Assembly (NCBI RefSeq): GCF_018350175.1
Contig: NC_058383.1
Location: forward strand, 3,596,001 to 3,660,000
Source: Felis catus
Taxonomy: Eukaryota
DNA length: 64,000 nt
Direction: 5' to 3'
Shown: one piece after another, positions 11,953 to 24,399 of the stretch
Layout: each line of letters begins with the position of its first letter
Position numbering within the stretch: the first letter of the stretch is position 1
The notes under the pieces: generated by a model
The model's input: the letters and a program-made list of their open reading frames with translations, nothing else
The model's database searches: none
What the model was told of the DNA's origin: nothing
Made by a program: the position numbers and the translations under genes

Positions 11953-14305
11953 CAGCAGACACGAAGGAGACCCCGGAGCAGAGAACCGGTTCCGCACCAG
12001 CAGGGGCCCCAGGGCTGCAAGGCTCCCCCTCGGCTCCCACCCCGCCTGGGATGCTGGGCAACTGGCCCGTCTCTCTGAGCTTCTTTCTTCATCCGTAAAA
12101 TAGGAACAAAAGGAACCATGCGGTTTCAAGGACTCCGCAGGGGTTAATCTGTATGTAGTCGTGTCTCCTAAAAAGAAGCTACTCTTAGGTCTGTGGTCTA
12201 TTGTCACCCTCACCGCCCAGTGATGGAGGAACTAATGTTCCCTGCATCTCGGGCTGTGTCGGGAGAGGGCAGTCATCAGACCTGCACTTATGTGAGCTCT
12301 GACTCCGTACAAAGCAGAGGAACCACAGAGGTGTTTAGCTGCCGACAGCTGACTGTGCCATAACGCACAGGTCCCAAGAAGTCCCAAATCTGTGACTTAC
12401 CATTACTTTCCTGTAAATGTTCCAGTGAGAGCCTGATTTTCGAGTCGGTGTCTGGAAACTCCTGGGAGTCCGGCTCCCCCCATGTCCACAAGGGGCTTCT
12501 GCACAGCCTAGGTGCCACCTGCTCTTACCGGCTGACAGGACGCAGTCCCCCAGATGGAGCATGACGTGGGCCGTTCGCTCCCCATCAGATGAGGGACAGT
12601 GACTCAGAGCACCAAGGGACCCTCTGCCTTCCCTCAGTCTCAACACAGCCGACACATCGAATGAGTCCTGCCCTCACTCCAGCCTGGCCACTGATAGGAA
12701 TCCTCCCAGAGCTTCTGAGAAACACACAGTCCCCAGCCCTAGCCCAGGCCCAGTCTGTCAGGAAGCATACCCAGTAATCTGTGCTCTCCCAAAACTTTCC
12801 TGCTGATTCTGAGACAGCATTTGGGGGTGTCCCACACCTTCATACCAGCCGGGCCTCCTGAGACCCTCCTGGAGAGAGAAAAAAGGGCGGGTGTGGCCGT
12901 GTCAGGGACGGAGCCCAGGCAGGGCACCTTGGAATGGAGACCCTTTATCCAGCCGCAGGCTCCCGCCCTGGCCTTGAACTCGAAAGGCTAGATGGCTGCA
13001 TGTCTGTAGACCCGTATTTGGCGTTTTCAAGGCGTCAGTGGCCTCTGCGAGGTCCCCGGTGGTGCAGGGAGGAACCCACTGTGTTTTCGAACGCGGGGGG
13101 TGGGGGGCGTGTCTCGTGTGGGGCCCAGCAGCCGACCCGGCCAGCCTGTGGGCAGGCGGCAGGGCCCCCCGGGGGTACTCGAAGTTCCTCTGGGGCAGGA
13201 AGGTGGGAGCCTCCACCCTCTTGGGAAAACGGTCTTCCCTGTCTCTGTTAATGGCACCTCAGTGACTTCACATCAGTCCCCAAACCACAAAACAGGGTTT
13301 TGCTTTAAGAACGTGAACAGAGAAACTACGTGGACTAAATGTTCTCAGTGGAATCTGCTGATATACTTTCTTATAAAGACGGGGAGAAAACCCCCTCAGC
13401 CTGGCCTTCACCCATCAACGAGGCTGGCTCTTGTGTGTGGCCGGAGGGGTCAGGTCTCAGGGCCTGGGGAGGGAGGAGTCGACGGCCGCTGTAGACGTCG
13501 TGGCTCCCTAGGGCCCCTGTCCTCGGTAGCCTCCCCTCTGAGATCTGCACGGATGTGACATCACACGGACATTTGTATCCCACAGAGGTCACCCTGTCCT
13601 CACCTCCATGTGTGCTCAGGGCCGGCTCCCTTCGGTCTAGTGCAGCCTACACCGTAGTCCTGGGCAAGCCGAGGACCCTGGACCATTCTTACCCCCACCC
13701 CCTGGCAGGAGCTCTGCCTTGGGAGGGCACAGAGCACCCCCTGGAGGCTGTGTAGACCTCTCCCGGGTCAGAGGATGAAGTGTAGACCTGTCTTGGGACA
13801 GAAGTGCAGTGCAGACCCCTCCTGGGACGGGCTCACACACCCTGAGGGGTCAGGCGCAGACTTGGGCAGCTGGGACAGCACGTGGTCCCTGTCTCAGGGC
13901 AGTGGAGGTGCTGAGCTCGGGCGGGGGAGGGAGGCGTACCTCGGGTGGAGTGTGGGGTGGCCTGGGGGGCGGGAGAAGGGAAGAGGGTGGGACACCGTGG
14001 ACACAAGCCAGCTCACTTTGGGTGGCTTTCGCTGGTGTGGCCGCCTGGCCACCCCTTGCTTCCAGCTCAGCCCCCCCTGCCCGTGGCCACCCTCCCCCTG
14101 TGCCTGCCCTTCTCCCGTGGCCACGGGTCCCCACCAAGGCCGCCCCCTGCCCTCGCCCACGGCCACCCCGTCCCCTCCCCATGCCCACCGTCCTCTGTGG
14201 CTGACCTCCCCCTCCCCCATGACCACTCATGCCCTCCCCCATCACCACCCCCTCCCTGGCACCTGCTGCCGCCCAAGGCCCGCTCACACCTGGCTGTCTC
14301 CCCAG

Positions 14306-14557
14306 GGCACCGACTCCGAATCTGAGGACACGCCCCCCCAGCACTCCTTCGTCAACCACTACATGAGCGACCCCACCTACTACAACTCGTGGAAGCGGCG
14401 AGCCCCGGGCGGGCGCGCCCCGCACAGGTACGAGGCGGTGGCGGGCGGCGAGGCGGGGCCGCACCTGCACACGGTGGTCACCACACAAAGCGCCGTGTTC
14501 GCGCCCGCGGGCCCCGGCGCCCGGACTCCGCTCACCGGCTTCTCCTCCTTCGTGTGA
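14306..14557 (+). CDS. SDK1: Sidekick-1 terminal coding exon ending in the PDZ-binding motif
   Basis: Acceptor ctgtctccccag|GGC. Encodes GTDSESEDTPPQHSFVNHYMSDPTYYNSWKRR...GARTPLTGFSSFV with TGA at 14555-14557. HSFVNHYMSDPTYYNSW and GFSSFV are Sidekick hallmarks. Confidence 0.97.
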   Translation, partial: GTDSESEDTPPQHSFVNHYMSDPTYYNSWKRRAPGGRAPHRYEAVAGGEAGPHLHTVVTTQSAVFAPAGPGARTPLTGFSSFV

Positions 14558-15527
14558 CGGCCGCGGCGGGGCCTCCGCGCACCTTCCAGCCTCCTTTTGT
14601 TAAGACAATCAACTCCAGTAACTGAGCTCAAGCTTTTGTTCAAACAAGAATTCTGATAAGTGATGATTTTACCTACTTGTGAACACTAGATTTCAATTAG
14701 AAAGGTTTTTTTAACGGCTTTTTGTAACATCGCTGCAGGAAGCGGGTTTCTTTGTTTTCTTTTCTTTTTACGAGAAGGTGTATTTCAGTGGTGCGGTGGC
14801 GAGGGGACCCCAGACCCCCCCAGTCCTGGGTGTCTCCATCCCACGCCAAGTAGGGAGGCTGCGGGGGGTGGGGGGCAGGAGGAGCGGGGGGTCAAGTGCG
14901 ATGTCCGCCCACGTCCAGGCCGCTCCTTCCTCTTCTCTACCTCCTGTGCCTCCGGAGACCCAGCCTGCTCCCGCCCGCTCCTGGCCCCTGCGGAGCGAAG
15001 TGTGTGCCCCGGGCTGAGCGCTTCTCGGCCCGACCCCATCCATCTCCGAAATATTCTCACTCCGCAGTTTGTAGGCAAGGGATCGGCTTTCAGGTTCCTG
15101 GCGAGGGGGCAAGAGATTCCGAGGGGGGGGTCCTCTGACCGGCTGACGGCTCAGCGGTCGCACCTTGCATCATTCCAGTGGTGAAATCCCCGGGGCTTTT
15201 CTCTTCCTTTCTTCGCCTGAAGCCACCGGCGCAGAGCAGGGACCCACCCCCAGGGCTGCGAGTGGGCGCGGGCCCTCCCTTCTCGAGCGTGTCCTTCCCG
15301 TGAACAGCACACGGCCCACCCCGCGAACCCAGAGAGAGCAAGACGGCGCTTTCAGAATTGCTTGTTGTGTAAGAGGCGTGCGTTGTTAACCAGAGGATTT
15401 TTTAAATCTTTTTATCTTTTTTTAAACTATGTCACATGAAATGAATGAGTCTCTGCTGTCTCCAGGTGCCTTTTTATTAATCGTTTAGCTTTGTACATGA
15501 GAAAGACGGAAAGCGTCGGTGTCTCCA

Positions 15528-15533
15528 AATAAA
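15528..15533 (+). terminator. Proximal SDK1 poly(A) signal
   Basis: AATAAA preceded by a U-rich stretch and TGTA at 15492-15495. The downstream GU element is weak. Confidence 0.55.
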
Positions 15534-16224
15534 GCGAAACAGCTCTGAGAAAGCGGGGCCCCGAATCGCCTCCTCCCCGCCAGGCCTCCCGCGAGCGCGG
15601 CCCCCCCGGTCTCCTTGTCCCGCCCGCTGCCCACTGCCTTGACCGCCAGTGCTGCTGTCCCTGCCCCCAGCCCAGCCCAGCTTTCAGCCTTAACAGGTTT
15701 TCTGGAAACTATTTTTTCCCCCTTTGCTACTTTAGTTTTCATCTTGTAGCTACGTGAGAATAGCATGAACTACTTTGAAATTTCGAGAGCCCGAAGTGTA
15801 CCTGTGGCTCCAGCCATCACATTATTCTTCCAAGAGGTGGCCGAGGTGACTGAGGAGCCGGCAGCCAACCCCCCAGGCCAGAGCTGAGGTCCAGGTGTAA
15901 CCGGCGGGCGCCCAGAGCTCCTGGAGGGCCCCGCGTCCCCACCTCGCTAGCAGGAGGGTGGCCGTGACAATGCACAGCCACCCTGTGGACACCCCCAAGG
16001 AGCAGGGGTGACCTGTGACCTGCCAGTGCCCTGACGGTAGGGGAGCCGGTCCTGTGGCCCCATATAGAGCGTGTGGTATCTCCTCGGCTCTAGTCCGTCT
16101 ACACTTCTGTCGGGCCCTCTGCTTTCCCAGCGGCCACCTGTGGCCCCCGGAGGCCAAGGAGAGCTTTGCGTTGGGTGAAAAGCCCCTTTTCAGTTTTTCC
16201 AACAGTTGACGGTGTGGAAAGGTT

Positions 16225-16312
16225 CCTCTCTCTCTCCTTCTCTCTCTCTCTCACTCTCTCCCCCCTCCTTTTCCTTCCCTCCCTTCCTTCTCTCCTTCCT
16301 GCCTTCTTTTTC
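16225..16312 (+). repeat. CT-rich polypyrimidine low-complexity tract in the 3' UTR
   Basis: ctctctctctccttctctctctctc...ccttccttctctccttcctgccttctttttt. Confidence 0.85.
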
Positions 16313-18036
16313 TGAGCGGAGGCAGAAATATTCTAAACCAAAAATCCTAGATGCTCTGCCCAAAGCCACTTGTGCGTCAGAATCACCCCCAACAGTTCAC
16401 CGGACAGGACGCACCTCGGGGCCCCAAGCCCGACTCCGTCCTCTCGGCCCCAGGACGGCCGGCGAGGGGGCAGGAACCCGTGCGAGGCGACAGGCTGCAA
16501 GCTGAACTTCTTGGAAGACAGATGCCTGGTGGAGAACACGGACAAACTGCCTTCTGTGCACTTCGAGCTCTAAGCCATACGGACTTCGCTTTAAAATATG
16601 GGGGAAAGTGTTGTCACGTCTCAGAATGAGGACCCTTTGGTTGGAGGTGTGTTCTTTGCTTTGGGGTTTTTGCGACAACATGAAGCTTTTTTTCAGGTTC
16701 ATTGTATTTCCTGTACTTTCTCTTTCTCTGCTTTTACTGAACTTTTTGTGTATGGGATCGTCTGTCTGAGGCTCTGCTGGCACCGTGGCTGCTGACGGAC
16801 TGTTAGCACCTGCGCCCCTCCCCCCCGCCCCCCGCCCTGTCCCTCGGGGGCCCTGGCCCATGAGAGACACCTGCACCAAAGCAACAGACTGGGCGTCCGC
16901 AGTTAGGTTTCAGCCTCCCCAGGCAGTGTGGGCGTCCGCGGGCATCAGTCCCCAGCCTCTCACCTTGTAGGGAGGAAAACAGACACCACACCATAGGAGA
17001 ATAGGTATTGATTGGATTTTAATCTCCGTCCTAAGAACAGAACAAGCAACGTTTCTCTAACCACGACCAGATGAAATGTCCTCATCTTGCCTTCTTCTGT
17101 AGTGACATCATTCGGGTGCCTTACAGTGAGCGGTGGCTGAGCCCCCCCCCCGTGCACTCCCTCATCCCTCACCGGGCAGGTCGTCGGGCGATGAGCTGTC
17201 CTTCCTGTGTGAGGGTGAGCCAGCAAAGCGGCCAGGCGGGGCCGAGCTCTGTCAGAGCTGGCGGGACGGGACGGGCTGGCCCTCTCCGCCCGGGCACCAG
17301 GGCACGGGTTTCCAGGCAGGTGAGCGGCGGGGGCGGCTGCGGGCGGTCCCCGCACCCAACGGGCATTAAGCACATCAGCAAGGCCTCACGCACCCCTTCC
17401 TGAATAAATTGGCCCGGAGCGAACCCTGTCCTTCCCCAGCCTTGCCTTCCGTTTCACTCACCGCCGTGCTTGTAAGGCGTACTCGATTCAGCGTCGTAGC
17501 AGAGGACGGTGTGACGTAGGGCAACGTGGGGGTGCGTCCCCCGCGCCGCGAGCGACGGCAGAGGCCCTCGGCCAGGGAATCCGTCCAGGCCGCGGGGAGG
17601 AAGGGTCGCGCGCACGCTGTAAACTTCTTTTGATGCTGTGCTTGTATTTGACCACGACTGGGCTGCAGCATGGTGTTTGCGTAACGGATCGTAGCATGGT
17701 CTCTAGTTTTTACGAATTCTCGGCACACGGTGTAGTCGTTCTCCCAATGAGCAATCCACCCGCGTATCCAAATCTGGCTCTCTTGAACTCGGCATCCCAG
17801 TAGCCTGGATCCGGTCCGGAAGGCGGGAACACCGCAGCAACCCGTGACCCGAGCTAGTCTGCTGAGGCTCCTCTCCATGCCTCTCAGCGTCGCCTTCCGG
17901 TTTATCGAGAGCTTAGGTCAGTCCTGAAGTTTTCCCGGCAATGTTTTCTGGAGTTGTGCAGAATCCCAGATCTCATTTGGAAAAAAAAAAAAAAAAAAAT
18001 GTAGGATGACAGAGAGGTGCTATGGGTACGATTTTT

Positions 18037-18042
18037 AATAAA
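18037..18042 (+). terminator. Distal SDK1 poly(A) signal
   Basis: AATAAA followed by tttgttccttatgtgctcgtgattttc (GU/U-rich). Confidence 0.7.
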
Positions 18043-18944
18043 AACATCGTTTTGTTCCTTATGTGCTCGTGATTTTCTTCAAGCATTGACGAGATGCCTC
18101 CTGAATTCTAGGCCTGTAAAGACTAGGCTCTGAGGCTCAGCCCCAGTGCGGCCCTGAACCACACGCACAGCCGTCCCAGGCCCCACGCCTGTCGAGACGC
18201 AGATGCCACACACAGGGCGCCGCTGAGGTCACAAGGATTTAAGCGCTCCCGGGGAGAGACACGTCAGGGGCACCACGTAGCCACGGATCCTGTGAACAGT
18301 GGCCTTCCTCAGCCCCAGCACCCCCCCCGCCAGACTCCACAGAGCCCGGAGGAGACACTGCACCCCACGGAATGTAGCCTGGGTTGGCGGCAATGCAGGA
18401 ATCTCCCCTCCGTGCAGGCCCCCCCCACCCCGAGAGGCCTGGCTTCCCGCCTCCCCACGTCCCACCAGCCTCAGAGAGGGGTTCTCGGCCGTGATGGGTT
18501 TCAGAATCCCCGGGAATGTGTACGAGTCCCGGTGTTCCGGTCACACCCAAATCAGCTAAGGCGGGATCTCTGGGGGTTGGGCCCAGACATGCGGTTCTGG
18601 TTCCGAAAGCTACCCAGGCGGTTCCCACGCGCAGGCAAGGAAGACCTGTGCGGGGGAGGGGCAGGGCTGCCGGCCGCAGGGAGGATGGGGGTCCGGGTCG
18701 CAGGAGAACTGGGGCCAGTGGTCCCAAGTTCGCCCTTTTGCTCCAGAAGCCAGCACCGCCGTGGACAAGCCAGAGGTAAGAACATTTCCCTTGTTCTCCT
18801 TCCCACCCTCCAGAAATGTGAAATTGAAACCTACACGCTTTTCAGAAACTGCAGCCTCCGTGTCCCAGATAGTTGCCTTTACTGCACCCGTACCGTTTGC
18901 CAAGCACGTTCCGTGTCCTTCAACGTTGTCGATCCACGTGCGGC

Positions 18945-19075
18945 AGGCACAGTCAGGGCTCCCGTTTTGTAGATGAGGAAACGCCCAGAGAGGTGAAGCC
19001 ATCCGCCCCAGGGTAGCCAGCTGGCACAGGGGCAGGGGGCGGTCCAAACCTAGGCGGCTGGGGGCCGCAGAGCCG
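18945..19075 (-). mobile_element. MIR fragment
   Basis: cccgttttgtagatgaggaaacg...cagagaggtgaag is the MIR core. Confidence 0.7.
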
Positions 19076-21083
19076 GGGTCCTGAGCCACCGCCCTGCCTT
19101 CCAGGAGGGGTCTGCTTCCCCCAGCCTTCCTGGGAGCCTGGGACGGAGGGCCTCGGAGGAGCCGGGTGCTGGTGGGCACGGCCCAGAGCCTGGCGGGAGT
19201 GTGCGGGCACGCGGGCGGCCTCATCCTCCCCGGCGTCCCCTCCAGCGCTGACAAGAAGAGAGCGGACTCGTTAGCTCGGCCCGCGTCGTGATGACCACTG
19301 TTGTTGGGAAGTTAAAGGCAGGACCTTCCAAAGGCAGCACCCGTCACGGAGAACAGAACCCCACTCCCTTGCTGGGTGACAGGTAGGTGGACCGTCTCGG
19401 GATGGAAAAGCGACGTGGGTGAGCATCCCAGGCACAGAGCCCTGACAGTGGTTTCTCTGCTCTGAGGACAGGACGGGGAAGGTGCGGGAGCGTGGCGGCC
19501 GCATGCTGGGTCCCCCCGCCTGGCTGGGAGGAGCCAGGACTCCCGGGTCCTCCAGAGCCAGGCCCCAGGCCCCCAGACCCCAGAGGGTGGGCCCGGAAGC
19601 AGCGGGGGCCATGGGGGCCACAAGGACCTGCACACCGTGAATCAGGCGTCCGCTGAGGAAAGGGAGTCTCCGGGTCCTCCCCTCCTTCACCCACAGGCGT
19701 GTGCATGGGACACGGGGGGCCAGGGCACTGCCAGGGTGCTTGAGCAGAGCTGGGCCCCAGGAGCAAGATAGCAGAGACGGGTCGTTAGCGCTTTGGCCGT
19801 AGAACGTGTTTCCCTGCCCGCCCGCACCCCGACTGCCTCTGGGGCATCACCTCTCCCCCAGGCCGACCTCCCAGGCGACAAATGTCTAGGCAAGGCCAGG
19901 GGTGGCCTGCGGCCCCCTCGTGGGAACGTGACTCTCTGGCAGCAGACGAGCGAGCTAGGGGCGCCTCTGAATCTCGCCTGGGACATTGCCTTGCTCTCTG
20001 CCAGTTTCCAAACTGGGTTCCTGTCGGCTGGGCAAGCTCCCGGCGTTCCTGCCATGAGTCCTCTTCGCTTAGGTGAGCCTGAGACCGTCCACCTCCTTGC
20101 AGGGGGAGAACCCCGCTTCCCGCCCCTGGGGGGCCCTCGTCCCCCTCGGGCCTGAGCTCTGAGCGCCCGCGGTACCCCTGCCCAATGGGCCAGCCCGGGA
20201 GGCCACAGAGGCACCGCGGGAGGCCGTGGCGGCCAAGCCCAGGGAGGGTCCCTCGGCCCCGGGTGCCGCAGCCACCCTGCCTGAGCTCACGGTTTCGGGC
20301 CAGACCAATGGACTGTCCTTACAGAACAGATGCACCGACCAGGGCGGGGGCTGGTTCCCAGTGAGCTATGGATGGAAGCCTGAGGTGCGTTCTCTGCAAA
20401 ACGAGGCATTTGGGGGACAGTAGAAAAAAGAAGACAGTTTTTCGACGGGTGTGAGCACCCGATAGGATTATTCGGGGCTGACTCGGGCAGGTGGGGACTT
20501 GGAGCCACAGCCCTGCTGCCTGCTCGTGGCCTCTGGTCCACAGAGCTGCCGCCTCTGACCTGAGCCGCGGGCGGGGGACCCTGTGGGCCCCGTGGACGTA
20601 CCGCGCAGGACGTGGGAAAGGGGGAGGGGGAGGGCGTGACCTGGACACGCCCTGTGCGTGTGGAGCTGGCAGCGTCCGGGGGTGGCCCTGACCCCGCGGC
20701 CTCCGCGGCCCGACGATGCCGAGGTGATCCCGCCAAGGCGATTCCGCCTGCAGCCTGGGCCCCGACACCCGCAGCACCGAGGAAAGGGCAGCTCGAGGAC
20801 AGGTCTGGAGGCTGGTGCCAGGGCTGCACCGTGTTTCCCGAGGAAACCGGGATTCGATGGCGCGGCTGCAGTTTTGCTCATTGAAGGACCTCAGGACTTG
20901 CCAGAATTTCCTTCCCTTTAATGGCTGAAGTCAATTAGCAGCCAAGCAAGGGCGAAAATTCCAAGCTGTTAATTCTGGGCTCTGCGGTCTTAAAACGTCC
21001 TGCTTCTCCTCGGACGAGACAATATTCTACAGTCGTTGAGCACACCGCTATGTTATGGGATTGAATGTGATCCAGGTTCAATA

Positions 21084-21219
21084 TTTTTTTTCTTTTACTT
21101 TAGAGGGAGTGGGCGCACAAGCAGAGGAGAGGGGCAGAGGGCGAGAGAGAGTCTCAAGCAGGCTCCACGACCCTGGGATCATGATCTGAGCTCAACCCAC
21201 TGAGCCGCCCAGGCGCCCC
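21084..21219 (-). mobile_element. Internally deleted Can-SINE
   Basis: Short SINE body ending ...gccgcccaggcgcccc. TSD-like aggttcaatatttt/aggttcagatatttt. Confidence 0.85.
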
Positions 21220-21862
21220 AGGTTCAGATATTTTAATAACAAATTCATGTTTCTGAGGCATCCTGAGATGTTTCCGTGGGATTCTCCAACCAGCAGACGG
21301 CATAATTGGCCTGCTGACTTGGGGGCCCAGAGAGTCCCGTGGGGTCCCCAAAGGGAGCCCAAGGGGAAAATCCCATGTGGCTGATGGAAACCCAGAGCTG
21401 CAGCTGGGGTCCTGTGCTCACTCGGTCTTAAGCAATGTTTTTTCAAGAACATTGAGGGTCAGGAAATTGGGGACTGGCTGCTCCAGAGAAGATGTGTGAC
21501 AGAAGCCAGACAGAAATCCAGACAAGCCACTCAGAGGCCTCCGGCACATCTCCGATAGAGGCCACCCAGCCTCCTGGGGACTCCGGTGAGGGGAGCCCCC
21601 CCATTCACCATCTGCCTCCGGAGCACCGACTCACCACCCCCCCGCGTGAGCTCTCCCGGCCCTGTGCCACCTCTACTACAGGCCACCCCCAGGCCACCGC
21701 AGCAGGAAATGAATTCTGCTATCTGCACACACTGGGACCCACACAGCTGTTGAGCAGAATGAACTGCAATCACATCTGTGGGCACAGAGCAATCTTCAAG
21801 TGATGCCCTTGTGAGCGAAATTAAGAATGCTGTCACTCATGCGTGTGCACGCATGTGCATAG

Positions 21863-21890
<28 letters not shown>
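21863..21890. repeat. (AC)14 microsatellite
   Basis: Read directly. Confidence 0.95.
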
Positions 21891-21893
<3 letters not shown>

Positions 21894-21998
21894 TGCATGT
21901 GTGGAGACCATCTCTGGAAAGACAGGCAAGACCTTGGTAACAGTGGTTGCCTCCGACCTTGGTATTGTCTGGACTTTTTGCCATGCACACATATTATC

Positions 21999-22210
21999 TT
22001 TTTTTTAACGTTTTATTTATTTTTGAGAGAGACAGAGACAGAGTGTGAGCAGGGGAGGGGCAGAGAGACAGGGAGACACAGAATCCGAAGCAAGCTCCAG
22101 GCTCTGAGCTGTCAGGACAGAGCCCAACACGGGGCTTGAACTTCCGAGCCGTGAGAGCACGGCCTGAGCCGAAGTTGGACACCCGAATGACTGAGCCACC
22201 CAGGCTCCCC
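21999..22210 (-). mobile_element. Can-SINE
   Basis: Typical body. TSD attatctttt. Confidence 0.93.
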
Positions 22211-23869
22211 ATTATCTTTTCAAACAGAAAAGAGGAAAATGGAGCAGTGCCAGGGCACAGATGCCCACTGTCCTCCTCCCCAGTGCCCGTCCTTCCTGGG
22301 CATCCTGGGTGCCGGACATCGATGTGATTCGAAGACGTCCAGCTATGTGGTCTTGGGAAACTCGCTAATCCTCTCTGATTTATTGCTTTGCTATAATGAA
22401 ACACTAAGCTCTTTTGAGACTTAGGGGACAAGTGAGTGGGAAAGCAGCCTGCAGACTCCAGAGATCCGTGACTGTCCGTTCATTCCCGTGGTCACCTCCG
22501 CCGCCAGCTCAGGGCACCGTGAGCAAGAAATGGGGCCTCCACACAGCGGGTGCGCGAGCCATCCCCGCCCTGGCCGCCCAGGCGTGCGCGAGAGGACGCA
22601 CCGCGGAAGACCGCAGCACCCGCTCTGCCGGGGGGGGCCCACCTGCCCCATGCCAGCCACACCGAGACCACACCGTCCACACCATCCCAAACCAGATCCG
22701 CCACCTGGTTCAGCCCCTCACCCTGGAACAGGACTGCGGTGCGCGTTTTGTCCTGGAACAACTTTTAGCGAAGAAATTGTACCTTCGGTCAGTCCCAGCT
22801 TCCATTTAGAATTCTGTCATACTACAGACTGTCATGCATTTTTTAAAATTATTAATGAAGTTTTGGACATATTTACATATGTAACTCGTGACTTGAAAAC
22901 ATAGGTGGCCAAGTCCCGCTCTCCTGCCCTGCTCCCTCTTCTCCCCCCCCATCACCTCCTCCCTGTCCTGGCCTCCTGAGTGGCCTCTACTCAACGATTG
23001 TCTTCCATGATGCCAAGAACAATCACCACTGAATTTGGGGTCTGAATTTTCTGTGGCCTTTGAGTGACTCAGAATCCAGCTCGGACTAAAACTGGAGACG
23101 CTCTGGAATCTCAATGAGGCTGCAGAGAATCCTGGCGGCTATTAGCAGAGATGATTGGAAAGCCGGAAGATTAATGCCGGGCCGGGTGAAGCAGTCGGTT
23201 AGATGAAGTCATCATACTCAAAACACCCGGTGCCCGTGTCTGCCACATTCACCAGCAGCCGGTCTGTGCAGCCCCCTTGGAACCCCGCTGCCATCTAGCG
23301 AATGGGAAGAGAGACCCCTTGCCGCACAGGGGTCAGGAAAGAGCCAGGCCGCAGGAGCCAGCTAAGCAAGGGGGACGATGACATTGCAAAATGCCCGGAT
23401 TGAGAGACTTGTGTTTGCCTCTGTCCCCCAGAGGCTCCGCCTTTGCACGGCCGTCTTCCCAGTTCAGGGGTCTCCAGGAGCCGAACCCCCACGGCAGCTG
23501 CCGACACCACCCTGGGGCGGCCCCCCTCCCAGCCTTGCCCCCGCGGATTACAACGGCGGTGTGCGAGCATGTGGACCGTCTGTTTCCGTGTCTCTAAATC
23601 CCGATGGACCTGCATGTCACTTCCTGTTTTCCGGAGCCATACGCTCTCACTGTCTGTGAGTCGTTTCTAAACTGGCCAGCCCGCTCCCTTTTGGGGTTCA
23701 CAGAGATCCTGTGAGGGGGTTTCACAAGATGCCTTCAGTGTTTCCAAATGCCCAACAGAGAGTTCTCTCCTTTACCTTTCGTAGGACGTGCAGGTGTCTT
23801 TGCTTGGGGCCGAAACACGAGCCATGCAGAGTGGCCGCAGGGGTCAGCCCCAGGCTGGCGGGCACCACA

Positions 23870-24010
23870 GGGTGGGCTCCAGAGGCCCACTGTCTGGATT
23901 CACACCGGGTCCCACCCCTACTGGCTGTGTGACCTGGGGTGGGGTCTTACTGACTCTGAGCTCGAGTTTTCCCGTCTGTAAAACGGGGACACTTGGCATA
24001 CTCAGGAAAT
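23870..24010 (+). mobile_element. MIR fragment
   Basis: ctactggctgtgtgacctgggg...ctctgagctcgagttttcccgtctgtaaaacgggga. Confidence 0.7.
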
Positions 24011-24399
24011 GATAGCTGATTCTGGAAAAAAAATATATATGTAACAAAAAAGAAAAGTACTACAGAACAGTCGCCCTCTCACTGAACGGACCTCTCCCCA
24101 GCTCTGTGCGATGGCTCAGTAGTCGGGGCTCCTCGGTGAGGAAGACAAAACACCCCCCTCTTGTGGAGTTGCCCTTCAGGGAAGGGGATCCAGAAATGAA
24201 CAGTCAACATAATCCAGAAACCATGCAGGCTGCCCAGGGTGGCGAGTGGAACAGGAACAGGAGCAGAGCTGGGGTTGGGTTGGGGGGGGGGACTGAGGCC
24301 TCAGAGAAAAGGTGGCCCTTCCACCAGGAACTCGATGGACCTCGCCACACTGTCACTTGCGGAAGGGGGGATGAGATTTGCCAAGTGGATGAAACCTCG

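Larger units (their letters stand above)
14558..18065 (+). other. SDK1: SDK1 3' UTR (longest predicted form)
   Basis: Follows the stop codon, has no obvious interspersed repeats, contains U-rich blocks (14590-14790, 15390-15535, 16640-16750) and ends at an AATAAA with a downstream GU/U-rich element. The 3' end is inferred. Confidence 0.7.

Noticed and set aside
17981..17999. A19 run as a retrocopy tail or true mRNA end
   Set aside because: There is no TSD or upstream retro-element body. The AATAAA lies downstream of it, so it is a genomic A-run.
18229..20921. Overlapping 130-226 aa ORFs on both strands
   Set aside because: They are Pro/Gly/Arg/Ala-rich, lack recognisable domains and overlap in several frames, as expected from stop-codon scarcity in GC-rich DNA.
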